Below are positions 49,621 to 60,730 of a DNA stretch of 64,000 bases, piece after piece. The DNA comes from Eledone cirrhosa. Taxonomy: Eukaryota. Both the position numbers and the translations under genes were made by a program. Positions within the stretch are counted from its first letter, which is position 1; each line of letters opens with the position of its first letter. The notes below the pieces were generated by a model. That model was not told the origin of the DNA and ran no database searches. It worked only from the letters and a program-made list of their open reading frames with translations. Location of the stretch: assembly GCA_964016885.1 (NCBI GenBank), contig OZ024743.1, positions 113,522,001 to 113,586,000 on the forward strand. The letters are read 5' to 3'.

Positions 49621-50242
49621 TTTTATTATGATTCTAGTGCTATCATTTACAAAGTGGGCTGTCTGCTTTTCGTCATGGGACCACCACTACCACCGTACAG
49701 GGTGGACTGTCTGCTTTTCGTCATGGCACCAACACTACCACCGTACAGGGTGGACTGGGTGCTTTTTGTCGTAGCACTAGCACTACCACCTTAGAGGATT
49801 AACTGGATGCTTTTGTTGTGGAACCAGCACTGCAATCTTGAAAAAAAATTGAATAATATAGTCTGTGGTGCACACATTGTACCTGCCACAGAAAATGAGG
49901 GGATGGTCGTGTTTGGAATGCTTTTGATAATCTATTTGATCAGGGCTGACTTAGGGACTATACAATAACAACAATAGTTATTCAATGTTCTAACAATGAG
50001 TCTTGACTTGCTAGAAACAGCATCCAAATCATTCTCTAAAAAAGAAGCACACAATGCACAACATATTCATAGGTACACTATGCCTATGGAATCTATAAAT
50101 CTATAGTTCTCCTCACCCTCTAAAAAGAAAAAAAAAAAATTAAATCATTCACAACTTATAATTTCTCATTTAAAGTTGGTGTTTCAGATGTAACTTGACA
50201 AAAGTTCTAACACAAAATTATTATGTAAAGTTTTAGATAAAT

Positions 50243-50627
50243 TTAACCCTTTAGCATTTACTTACATAAATATCTCACATAATATCGAATCTATGAGATT
50301 TTGATATTATCTATTTTGAGAACAATCCCATAACATTAATATGAGTGCCGGTTTGAACAGAAAATGGTGAGAGAATTCTGACCAGATGTTGCCAATTTAA
50401 ATGCTAAAGGGTTAAAGTGTTTATCCCTTTAGCATTTAAACTGGCCAGAATTCTCTCACCCCTTTCTGTTCAAACTACTCATAAATGGCCACTCATACAG
50501 ATGTTAAGGTATTGTTCTCAAACTAAATAATATCAAAATCTCATAGATTCGATATTATGTGAGATAAAGTGTTTACTGTGAAAATACAATAGTAAATATA
50601 GAGTAATGTAAATGCTAAAGGGGTTAA
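50243..50627. mobile_element. Two adjacent TTAA MITEs in opposite orientation
   Basis: 50243-50415 (-) and 50421-50627 (+), both with CCCTTTAGCATTT / AAATGCTAAAGGG ends. Confidence 0.8.
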
Positions 50628-50939
50628 GATAAGCAGCTTTGTATCATAGAACCAAAGATGGTTTCAGGGAGTTTGGCATCAAAAAGGTTACTTCATAAAA
50701 GAAAACTGTTTTTAGTGTATTGAATTGATCAATATATCGGCAAGACAATTGCTATATTTTCTTCTCGTAACGGAAGAAAGAATTAAAAAAAACTTCTTTA
50801 CTTTTATGTTTTGTTAGCATGGATGGGATGGATTTTTTTTTTATTTGTACAGCTGGATACCCTTCCTATTGCTAACTATAAACTCTATCATTAATTAGTG
50901 GTGGGGGAGATATTTAGTTAATCCGACACCTTGCTATAG

Positions 50940-51694
50940 GATGAGTTCAAATCCTGCCGAGGTTGACTTTGCCTTTCATCCTTACGGGGTCGATAAAATA
51001 AAGTACCAGTAATGCACTGGGTAATTGCTGGCCTTGTGCCAAAAGTAGAAACAATTATTATTATGTGTGTCGGTAGAGGGTCGGACGTCATGCTTTGACG
51101 CATAGAGTTACGGCCCTTTCTATTCTGAGTTCAAATCCCGCCGAGGTCAACTTTGCCTCTCATCCTTACGGGGTTGATAAAATAAAGTACCAGTAATGTA
51201 CTGGTTAATTGCTGGCCTTGTGCCAAAAGTAGAAACAATTATTATGTGTGTGTGTCTGTGTGTGATGAGAAAGAAAAATTGTTGAAATTTTCTAGCTCAT
51301 CATCATCATTATCATTCTTGCCATCATCATCTTCATCATTGTCATTATTTCATTATTGTCATCGTTATCATTGTTGTCACAATCATCATTAACATCATCA
51401 TCTTTGTCTTTGCCATCATCATCATTATCATCATCAGCATTGTCATCATCATCATCTTTATCATTATCATCATCATTATTGTTGTCATTATTGTTGTTGT
51501 CAGGGCGGTGGATTGGCAGCATCGGTAGAGGGTCGGACGCCATGCTTTGACGCATAAAGTTACGGCCCTTGCCATTCTGAGTTCAAATCCCGCCGAGGTT
51601 AACTTTGCCTTTCATCCTTACGGGGTCGATAAAATAAAGTACCAGTAATACACTGGGTAATTGCTGGCCTTGTACCAAAAGTAGAAACAATTAT
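50940..51694 (+). mobile_element. Three family A SINEs (50940-51060, 51070-51243, 51503-51694) around an (ATC)n tract
   Basis: Near-identical repeats of the consensus; the second copy is flanked by an ATTATTATGTGTGT duplication. Confidence 0.9.
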
Positions 51695-52828
51695 TGTTGT
51701 CATTATCCTCATCATCCTTGTAGTCAGGTCACTCTTGAGTGATTCTGGTAACATGTAACCCGGTACAAGCTGTGACTATACCAGAAACCCCACTAAGTTT
51801 GCTTAGTAAGGTGGGTGACTTTGAACACCCTGCAGGATGAAAAACAAAGCCTGACAAAGGGCAGAAGAACTTGTGTGATTCAACAGCCCAATAGTGTGTA
51901 TATATGTATATATTGTGTAGGTGTGTAAATATGTATGTTAATTTAAGAGTGTGCAGAGCTGTAGTAGATTTCACTGGTTGGCACTGGGTGGTCTTTTGCG
52001 GCGTTCCCCGTGTGTCCCAGTGTCTGTTCAACATGCCACTCAGTGAACTGATGACATACAGTATATGCTCATTCAAGCTGAGCACCTAGCCTCTTTCAGT
52101 TCGAAGACCAACCTGTGTGGTGAAAAGCCACATGCTATACGAGGTGCTTCTGATATGGCTATCATAGGATAGTCTAGCAGAACAGGTTGGATCTAGAGGA
52201 GTAAGCCTTGATAAAAATCCTGCTTGTCTCATAGTAAGCAGTAGCTCATGCGAGGACCAACAGTTTAATTACATAACCTCAGCTTTGGGAACACAGATGA
52301 TTGACTATTGATTCAATAATGGGTTGGGGCAACTGCTCCAGTTAGCGGAGGAATCTATGAGAATGTAGGTGTGACAAGCCACTCGATGGAGTGATGACTA
52401 AAGAAAAAGAATCATTATCATCATTGTTTTGTTTCATGTTTCTTTTTCCTGAAGCAATTATTTTTAGCAAGATCCCCTCTTTTCTCATTACTTCACCCAA
52501 TCTCACTCATTAATGAAGTCTAGTGTCTCTCCTATGACAATATCTAAACAAATCCCCCCCCCCCCTTACTGTACCTGTCTGTTCTGGTTGCACCAGTTGT
52601 TGACATATTTCTATATTACATGAGAAACACATGCATATATATGTGTATACGTGGTGAATTGGCAGAATCTCTAGAACATCGGATAGAATGCTTTGCAGTA
52701 TTTGATCCAGCTGTCTGCACTCTGAGCTCAAAACCTACACTGAGGTCAACTTTGCTTTTCATCCTTTCAAGCTCAATCAACAAGAACCGTTCAGGTACTG
52801 GGGTTCATTATTTCTCTCTATCTCTAAA

Positions 52829-53018
52829 GCGGTGGATTGGCAGTATCGGTAGATGGTCGGACGCCATGCTTTGAAGCATAGAGTTACCTCCTTGTATGAT
52901 CTGAGTTCAAATCCCGCCGAGGTTAACTTTGCCTTTCATCCTCCTGGGGTCGATAAAATAAAGTACCAGTAATGCACTGGGTAATTGCTGGCCTTGTGCC
53001 AAAAGTAGAAACAATTAT
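52829..53018 (+). mobile_element. Young family A SINE with 19-bp target-site duplication
   Basis: ATTATTTCTCTCTATCTCT at 52807-52825 and 53014-53032. Confidence 0.92.
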
Positions 53019-53649
53019 TTCTCTCTATCTCTTTCTCAGTTCTTCTTTTCCACCCTCTGTCTCCTTATTCTGGAAGAAATCAGCTATGTTCAGACTTGGG
53101 GAGGGGATGGGCTCTACCAGGTTTAAAATGACTAAGTCCATACAATGACTCTAAAACTCCACCAGGAGTTATGGGTCCACTTTCAAAACCACTTATTCTT
53201 TTATTCATCTTAGAGCTGTTGGAAGTATTAAAATTGTTCAATAGATGAGGTTTTGGTACATGAGCCAATGTTGAAGCATTTAAACATTGTCACTAAAGAG
53301 ACTAAGTAGGTAGAAATAGTGCTGGAGATGTTTAGATAGACAATGTGATGAGATGAGAGATAGTTATTCATTGAAATAACATGTTCAGATATTTGAATTA
53401 CCGAAAGCTGATTATATATATCTAGATTGTAGTGAAGTGTTTAAGAATTCTGGCTGATCCCAAACTGATTAAATATGGATTGTGTGGAATTGTTTGGACA
53501 TGGCTGGTTCCAATATGATTAAATATGGATTATGATAAGTTCTTCAGAACAGGATGATGATTGTTAAGATGTTTACATTGCGGTACTAGTGGAAATTATG
53601 TCTTACAACACTGGCTAAGGCAAAAAAAGAATTAAAAATTAAAAAAAGA

Positions 53650-53703
<54 letters not shown>

Positions 53704-54039
53704 CAAACAAAAAGAATTAACAGATTAAACTGTTTTATAAATATAAATGGGATTGATAAAATGGTTCAATTATGAAGTAAAGTAGATTTTGAATGACTTT
53801 GAAAACACTTGAAATAGCTGAAGCTCTTCTGATTTCTAGAATATTCTCGGCTCCATCATGATTGCTGAACCCTACTTCTGAACTTTTCCTACGCTGCAAG
53901 AAGCTGCTCTTCTGGAACACAGTTTAATCAATAGAGATATCTTATCTATTTAGTTAGTGGATGATCAGTTTCTCATTTCTGTGTGTTGTGGCATCTAGCT
54001 TCTACTGCTCACATTCTCTTTCTCTTGATTTCTCTCTGT

Positions 54040-54082
54040 TTATATATATATATATATATTGTGTATGGTATGTATGTATGTG

Positions 54083-54151
<69 letters not shown>

Positions 54152-54510
54152 TTACATATATATATATGTACGTATATATGTACATATATATATATGTATA
54201 TATGTAAATATATATATATATATGTACATATATATATATATATGTGTATATATATGTATATATATGTGTATATACATTATATGTATAAATATATGTGTGC
54301 ATATGTATATATATATATGTGTGTGTATGTGTATATATATATATATGTATACATATATGTGTGTATATGTATATATATATGTGTGTGTATATATATATAT
54401 ATGTATAAATATGTGTGTATATATATATATATGTATATATGTGTGTATATATGTATGTGTGTATATGTATATATATATATGTGTGTGTATATGTATATAT
54501 ATATGTATAT
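54040..54510. repeat. (TA)/(TG)n microsatellite
   Basis: Directly visible; similar tracts at 38198-38415, 55095-55345 and 62575-62790. Confidence 0.95.
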
Positions 54511-54511
54511 A

Positions 54512-54700
54512 GGAGAGAGTATGACCCCGACGGCAGAGCTCAAGCTGTTTTGACGGCTATTTAGTCCAGAAATAGCCATCGAAACGGCTTGAGCTCTGCC
54601 GTCGGGGTCATACTCTCTTCTATTACCCACTCTACTACCCTAAGTATTGAGTACTCTGGTGCATTATGGTCCATCTGGTTCCTTACCCCAACTCCTCCGT
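54512..54700. mobile_element. Palindromic element with ~49-bp-arm hairpin
   Basis: AGAGAGTATGACCCCGACGGCAGAGCTCAAGC...GCTTGAGCTCTGCCGTCGGGGTCATACTCTCT, then ATTACCCACTCTACTACCCTAAGTAT shared with 58197-58225. Confidence 0.8.
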
Positions 54701-54755
54701 TATATATGTATATATATGTGTGTATATATATGTATATATATATGTGTGTGTATAT

Positions 54756-55095
54756 GGAGGCACATGGCTTAGTGGTTAGAACATTGGCCTTGCAATCGAA
54801 AGGTTGTGAGTTCAATTCTCAGACCGGGTGATGTGTTGTTTCCTTGAGCAAGACACTTTATTTCACATTGCTCCAGTTTACTCAGCTGTAGAAATGAGAT
54901 GATAGGGCTGGGGTCCCTATCATTCCACTGCAAAGTGGTCGTGGAGGTGCCACGGCAAAAAAGCACCCAGCACTCACTGTAAATGAGGTTGGTGTTAGGA
55001 AGGGCATCCAGCTGTAGAACTCAAGCCAGAATCAGTTCTCGTCCCACCCTTGCAAGCAGACGTAAAGCGGACGTAAAGTGATGATGATGATGATG
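54756..55095 (+). mobile_element. SINE family B
   Basis: Matches 10061-10395. Confidence 0.9.
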
Positions 55096-55137
55096 TATAT
55101 GTATATATATATATATGTGTATAGATACATATATATG

Positions 55138-55168
<31 letters not shown>

Positions 55169-55525
55169 ATATATATATATGTATATGTGTATATATATAC
55201 GTATATATATATGTATATGTGTATGTATATGTATATATATGTATATGTATATATATATATGTGTATATATATGTGTGTGTATATGTATATGTGTGTGTAT
55301 ATGTATATGTGTATATATATATGTGTGTATATGTATATATATGAGATTGTGTGGGTGTTAACCCACGCAATCTCATATATGTTTTTCTTTTCACACTAAA
55401 TCTCTCCTTAACTTCCATCTTCATCATCTCAGGTCATATCCTTGCTTATTTCCCCTATATCCTTCCATAACACCACACTTCACTCATGTATTTCTTGAAA
55501 TGTGTAAATTCATACACACACCCAC

Positions 55526-55559
<34 letters not shown>

Positions 55560-55694
55560 ACACACTCACATATATATATACACATACACACACACATATA
55601 TGTATATATACACACACACATATACATATATGTACACACACATGCTAGCGTGGAAGTATAGACGTAAAATGGTGATGATGATGAGGATGAGGAA

Positions 55695-55725
<31 letters not shown>

Positions 55726-55794
55726 CCTTATCGAGCCCTCTCTGGATTCTAGTCTTCAATTTTATTATTATTACTATATATATATATATAAATA

Positions 55795-56478
55795 TACGTG
55801 AACGGCAAAGCATAAACGAACTAAGGGAGAAATTAGGAATAAGAGGGATCAGATGTTGTTTACTCGAGAAAAGACTACGTTGGTATGGTCACATGATGCG
55901 CATGAAAAACGACAGCTGTATAAAAAAGTGCAGGGCGATAAAAATAGACGGTAGCCACGGAGTAGGCAGACCCAGAAAAACCTGGGATGACTTGATAAAT
56001 TCCGACATCACACACACTTCTCCAAGACAATGTTACTGGACCGAGATCTTTGGCGCTACACAGTAATACAGAAGACCCACCTTGCCTAAGTACAAAGCAA
56101 AACCTACAGTCAGTAGGCACCTCTAACAAAATACACCCCTGTCCCACTACCCCCACCCCATCCACACCACCCCCTTAAATGTGAAGTTATTTTGGTACCA
56201 CAACATCCAGTCCGAAACAAATGAGGTCGTGTAGGTGTCGCGACAAAAAAACACACAGTCCACACTGTAATGTGGCCGTGTAGGTAACACGGTAAAAACC
56301 TCCCAGTCCACACTGTAAACGTGGTTGGTGTTAGGAAGGGCATCCAGCCGTAGAAAACCCGCCAGACAGTCCTATACGAGCAAGACAACCAATCTTGCCT
56401 CAAGTGGGAAAATTCCCGTCCAACCCCATGCTAGCGGGGAAGATGGATGTTAAACGTTGATGATGATGATGATGATGA
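55795..56478 (+). mobile_element. RTE LINE 3' fragment (family of 2903-4066)
   Basis: Collinear with 3371-4066; (GAT)n tail. Confidence 0.92.
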
Positions 56479-56502
56479 TATATATATATATATATATATA
56501 TA

Positions 56503-56825
56503 TGGTTAGAGCATTAGCCTTGCAATCAAAAGGTTGTGAGTTCAATTCTCAGACCGGGTGATGTGTTGTTTCCTTGAGCAAGACACTTTATTTCATATTG
56601 CCCCAGTTTACTCAGCTGTAGAAATGAGATGATAGGGACTGGGGTCCCTATCATTCCACTGCAAAGTGGTCGTGGAGGTGCCACGGCAAAAAAGCACCCA
56701 GCACTCACTGTAAATGAGGTTGGTGTTAGAAAGGGCATCCAGCTGTAGAAATCAAGCCAGAATCAGTTCCCGTCCCACCCTTGCAAGCAGGGAAAAGTGG
56801 ACGTAAAATGATGATGATGATGATA
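56503..56825 (+). mobile_element. SINE family B (slightly 5'-truncated)
   Basis: Matches 10078-10395. Confidence 0.9.
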
Positions 56826-56942
56826 TATATAACAGTTTTGCAAGAGATGTCATCATGAATGGACCTGTTATTTTTATCTAAAGACATTTTTTTCAAATTC
56901 CATCCCGCCCGTCCCCTCAATCTATCTTATTTCTCATTCTTC

Positions 56943-56976
56943 CTTCTGATGAAGGACTAGCATCTGAAACGTTAAG
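56943..56976 (+). ncRNA. Minimal type I hammerhead (partly decayed stem II)
   Basis: CUU-CUGAUGA-A-GGAC-UAGC-AUCU-GAA-ACGU-U-AAG. Confidence 0.65.
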
Positions 56977-57811
56977 ACCCTCTTCCTGATATATCAAGTG
57001 TTAACCTAATATATACCTTCCATATACTGTACCGATTGTGTTGTTATTTCTGTTTACCTTTTACATACATATAATATATAGATATATATATATATATGGA
57101 ATAGAATGAAACGAAATTTCATTTCTCACTCTTAGTACGGCACTTACTTAAATGTAAGTATGTATGTATGTATACGTACATACATATATGTATACAGACG
57201 TACAGTAGTATGTATATATATATACATGCACACATATATATATATGCATGTATCGGTTTACCGAACATTTATTATAATGCTCGGTTTGTTTGTTTTTAAA
57301 CAAACAAACAGCCCGAATTACGCTGTACAGTGTTTAGGCAACCACGTCACCTTTTTGTTCAACACTGACACAGGAATGATGTACTAGTTTCAAGCTTATT
57401 AGCTATCGTCAGCATCGTATACCTTCCTGCCAGATGGTTGAACATCTGAAAGTATATACTTTCCTTATGCATATTAACGGCTGAGCAGCCTAATTTGCAT
57501 ATCGAGTGAGTTCAGTCGGCCGGGCGCACCGAAAACGATAAATGGAATAGAATATATAGATAGATAGATGTGTGTGTATGTGTGTATGTGTGTGTGTGTG
57601 TGTGTTGATGAATGAAAACATTCAACATATAAATATAACTGTGGAGCTCATTTGAATGTTCAAGGAAATCCAATATGATAAAATCTTACTACAAAAACAA
57701 TAACTCTTATCACCTGGTCTCATGTTGGAATTACTACTTCTGTATTACATGCAGTTCTAACAGCATTATTGACTCTGACATAGACAGGTAGATACCAGTA
57801 TATATATAGTA

Positions 57812-57986
57812 ATAATTGTTTCTACGTTTTGGCACAAGGCCAGCAAATTACCCAGTGCATTACTGGTACTTTATTTTATCGACCCCGTAAGGATGAAAGG
57901 CAAAGTTAACCTAGGCGGGATTTGAACTCAGACCGTAAAGGAACGTAACTATGCTGGAAAGTATGGCGTCCGACTCTTTACCGATT
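57812..57986 (-). mobile_element. tRNA-SINE family A
   Basis: Reverse complement of consensus. Confidence 0.88.
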
Positions 57987-58081
57987 GTATAGTAATAATG
58001 TAATAATAAAGGTGATAGCAGCGATTCTTTGCTTAAACTTTAATGTTCTTATAATAAATATACATACATATATATATATAT

Positions 58082-58262
58082 ATGAAAAGATTCAGGACCC
58101 CAATGGCTGAGCTCCGGCTGTTTCAACAGCTAGATCCGAATTAGCTGTCGGAATGGCCAGAACTCAGCCGTCAGGGTCCTGCCTGAATTTTTTCATATTA
58201 CCCACTCTACTACCCTAAGTATCGAATACTCTGGTGGGTTATTTTACCACACCCTATCTGAT
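58082..58262. mobile_element. Palindromic element with long hairpin (subfamily of 54512)
   Basis: ATGAAAAGATTCAGGACCCCAATGGCTGAG...CTCAGCCGTCAGGGTCCTG..GAATTTTTTCAT. Confidence 0.78.
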
Positions 58263-58264
58263 AT

Positions 58265-59120
58265 ATCATCATCATCATCATCATCATTATCATCACCGTC
58301 TTATGTCAATTCTTCCACGCTAGCATGGGTTAGACGGATTGTCCTGTTGTGGACAATGTTAGGTTGGCTGATCTTGTCTTGCTCATACGGGAACTGATTT
58401 TGGCTTGATTTCTACAGCTGGATGCCCTTCCTAAAACCAACCTCATTTACTGTGGGTGCTGGGTGCTTTTTATCCATGGCGCCTACATGTCCACTTTATA
58501 GTGTGGTCTGGGTGCTTTTTTGTCGTGACACCTCCACGACCACTTTGCAATGGAAAGGGATGAGGGCATATTGCCTATATGCTTCGGCTTCAGCTTGTTC
58601 CCGTGGGAAGTTGGGTCTTTTGTATTACTGTGTGACACCAGAGGTCACGGTCCTGTGTCATCGCCGTTGAGAGGTGCAATTGGGTAAGGTCGGCCTTTAT
58701 CACCTCGTCCCAGGTCTTCTTGGGTCTCCCCACTCCACGACTTTCATCAACCTTTAGTGCTCTGCACCTTTTTATGCAGCTGTCATCCTTCATACACATC
58801 ACATGTCGATACCAACACAAACTCCTCTCCTGCACACAGCATTTGATTCCTCTTATGCTCAGTCTCTCTCTCAGTTCGTTTATGCTTTGCCGTCTGCGTA
58901 TATTATTATTACATGTCCATTGGAGCATGCAAGCTTCGTTTCTTTCTAATCTACACAAGTCTTCTATTCACAATGCCCAGGTCTCACTACCATGTAAGTT
59001 TGCTGTTCGTATACACGCATCATACAGTTTGCCTTTCATTTTGAAGGAAAAGCCTTTTGCAGCTAGCTGTGGCACTAGCTCCCTTAACTTCTTCCATCCC
59101 GTTCTTACCCTGGTTACTGT
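58265..59120 (-). mobile_element. RTE LINE 3' fragment (sister subfamily; donor of the family B SINE tail)
   Basis: ORF 58590..58958 (RLERNEACML, WYRHVM, GRPKKTW); its 3' UTR matches the SINE B tail. Confidence 0.9.
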
Positions 59121-59207
59121 AATATATAGTTAATAAATAAAACAAGCAAAACACAGGAGGCAATTTTACAGCTATATTAGGTTCACGCTTAGTGGAAGTG
59201 GAGGGGG

Positions 59208-59243
59208 TTTCAACGTTTCGGACAGAAGTCCTTCTTCAGGAAA
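59208..59243 (-). ncRNA. Minimal type I hammerhead ribozyme
   Basis: UUUC-CUGAAGA-A-GGAC-UUCU-GUCC-GAA-ACGU-U-GAAA: all helices intact, palindromic stem III, GUU triplet. Confidence 0.8.
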
Positions 59244-59549
59244 GTTCGGATAAGGAGAGAAAAGATAGAATAAGAGTAACGTGAGAAGGTTAGGGAAAGA
59301 GGTTTAAAAAAGAAAATGGTGATAGGGGAAGGTGGATGAAAGGTTCGGCCAGGGATGGGATAGGGTGTGGCATGGGTGTGGTTGTATGTGTGTCAAAGGG
59401 ATATATACATATATATATATGTATATATATATGCACACAGACATCATATACTACACACTGCCCTTATCAATTCTACCCATTGAAACTTAATTACTTATCT
59501 ATTTATTTAGAAGTTTATTTCATTATTTACTGTTGCTGCTAGTATCTCT

Positions 59550-60130
59550 ACATGTGAGTGTGGTGTGGTGTGCATGTGTGTATGTTAATGGATGTGTACC
59601 TGTGGTGGTGGTGTGTGTGTGTAGTATGTACATGTGGTGGTGTGTGTGTGTGTGCACTATGTATGTTAATGGATGTGTGCAGGTGGTGGTGGTGGTGGTG
59701 GTGGTGGTGGTGTGTGTGTGCAGTATGTTTGTTAAAGGATGGGTACATGTGGTGTGTGTGTGTGCAGTATGTACATTAAAGGATATGTATGTGTGGTATG
59801 TGTTTGTGTGTGTGTGTGTGTGCAGTATGTACATTAAAGGATATGTATGTGTGGTATGTGTGTGTGTGTGTGTATGTGTGTGCAGTATGTACATTACAGG
59901 ATGTGTACATCTGTACATCTGGTGGTGTGTGTGTGTGTGTATGTGTAGTATGTATGTTATAGGATGTGTACATGTGGTGGTGGTGGTGGTGTGTATGTAT
60001 GTGTGTAAACGGATGTGTACATGTGGTGTGTGTATGTATGTTAAAAGATGTGTACATGTGATGTGTGTGTGTGTGTTTGTGTAGTATGTATGTTCAGATA
60101 TGTATGTGGTGTGTGTGTGTGTGTGTGATG
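59550..60130. repeat. (GT)/(GGT)n-rich minisatellite with CAGTATGTACATTAAAGGAT units
   Basis: Directly visible. Confidence 0.85.
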
Positions 60131-60287
60131 TGATTAGTGTCTGGTTCCAAGTAAATATATTCCAATATATGTAGCTACCATTTAAACAGCTGTAAACAAC
60201 AACAACAATGGCCACACCAACTACACAATCCATGTTAATGTAATGAGACTAATTGAAATCAGGTGACAGTAATGAGATACCAAAAAT

Positions 60288-60730
60288 ATGTCTGTGTGTC
60301 TGTCTGTCTGTTTGTTAGACTCTCAACCTGCCTGTGTGTCTGTCTGTGTGTTTGTTAGACTGTCATCCTGCCTGCTTGTCTGTGTGTCTGTCTGTTTGTT
60401 AGACTCTCAGCCTGTCTGTTTGTTAGACTGTCACCCTGCCTGCTTGTCTGTGCGTTTGTTAGACTGTGAGCCTGTCTGCTTGTCTGTGTGTCTTCTGTGT
60501 TTGTTTGTTAGACTATCAGCCTGTCTGTATGTCTGTTTGTTAGACTGTCAGTCTGTCTGTCTGTCTGTTTGTTAGACTGTCTGTGTGATTGTCTGTTTGT
60601 AAGACTGTCAGTCTGTCTATCTGTCTCTCCATCTGTCTGTTGGTTAGACAGTCTGCCTGCCTGTCTGTCAGTCAGACAGTCTGTCTGTGAGTCAGTCTGT
60701 CTGTAAGTTAGGCTGTCTGTCTGTCTGGCT
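60288..60730. repeat. (TGTC)n-rich minisatellite with TTGTTAGACT units
   Basis: Directly visible. Confidence 0.85.

Noticed and set aside
51292-51575. Asp/Asn-rich or Met-rich ORFs
   Set aside because: Translation of a degenerate (ATC)n tract between SINEs.
53080-53268. Possible host exon (SGPITPGGV...HFKPGRAHP)
   Set aside because: The homologous segment at 7390-7520 is frameshifted and both follow the same SINE, so a repeat is the simpler explanation.
53961-55813. Long [12 protein letters not shown] ORFs (also at 2478-2952, 6374-6671, 38138-38456, 59523-60233, 62545-62919)
   Set aside because: Stop-free translations of (TA)/(TG) microsatellites, not proteins.
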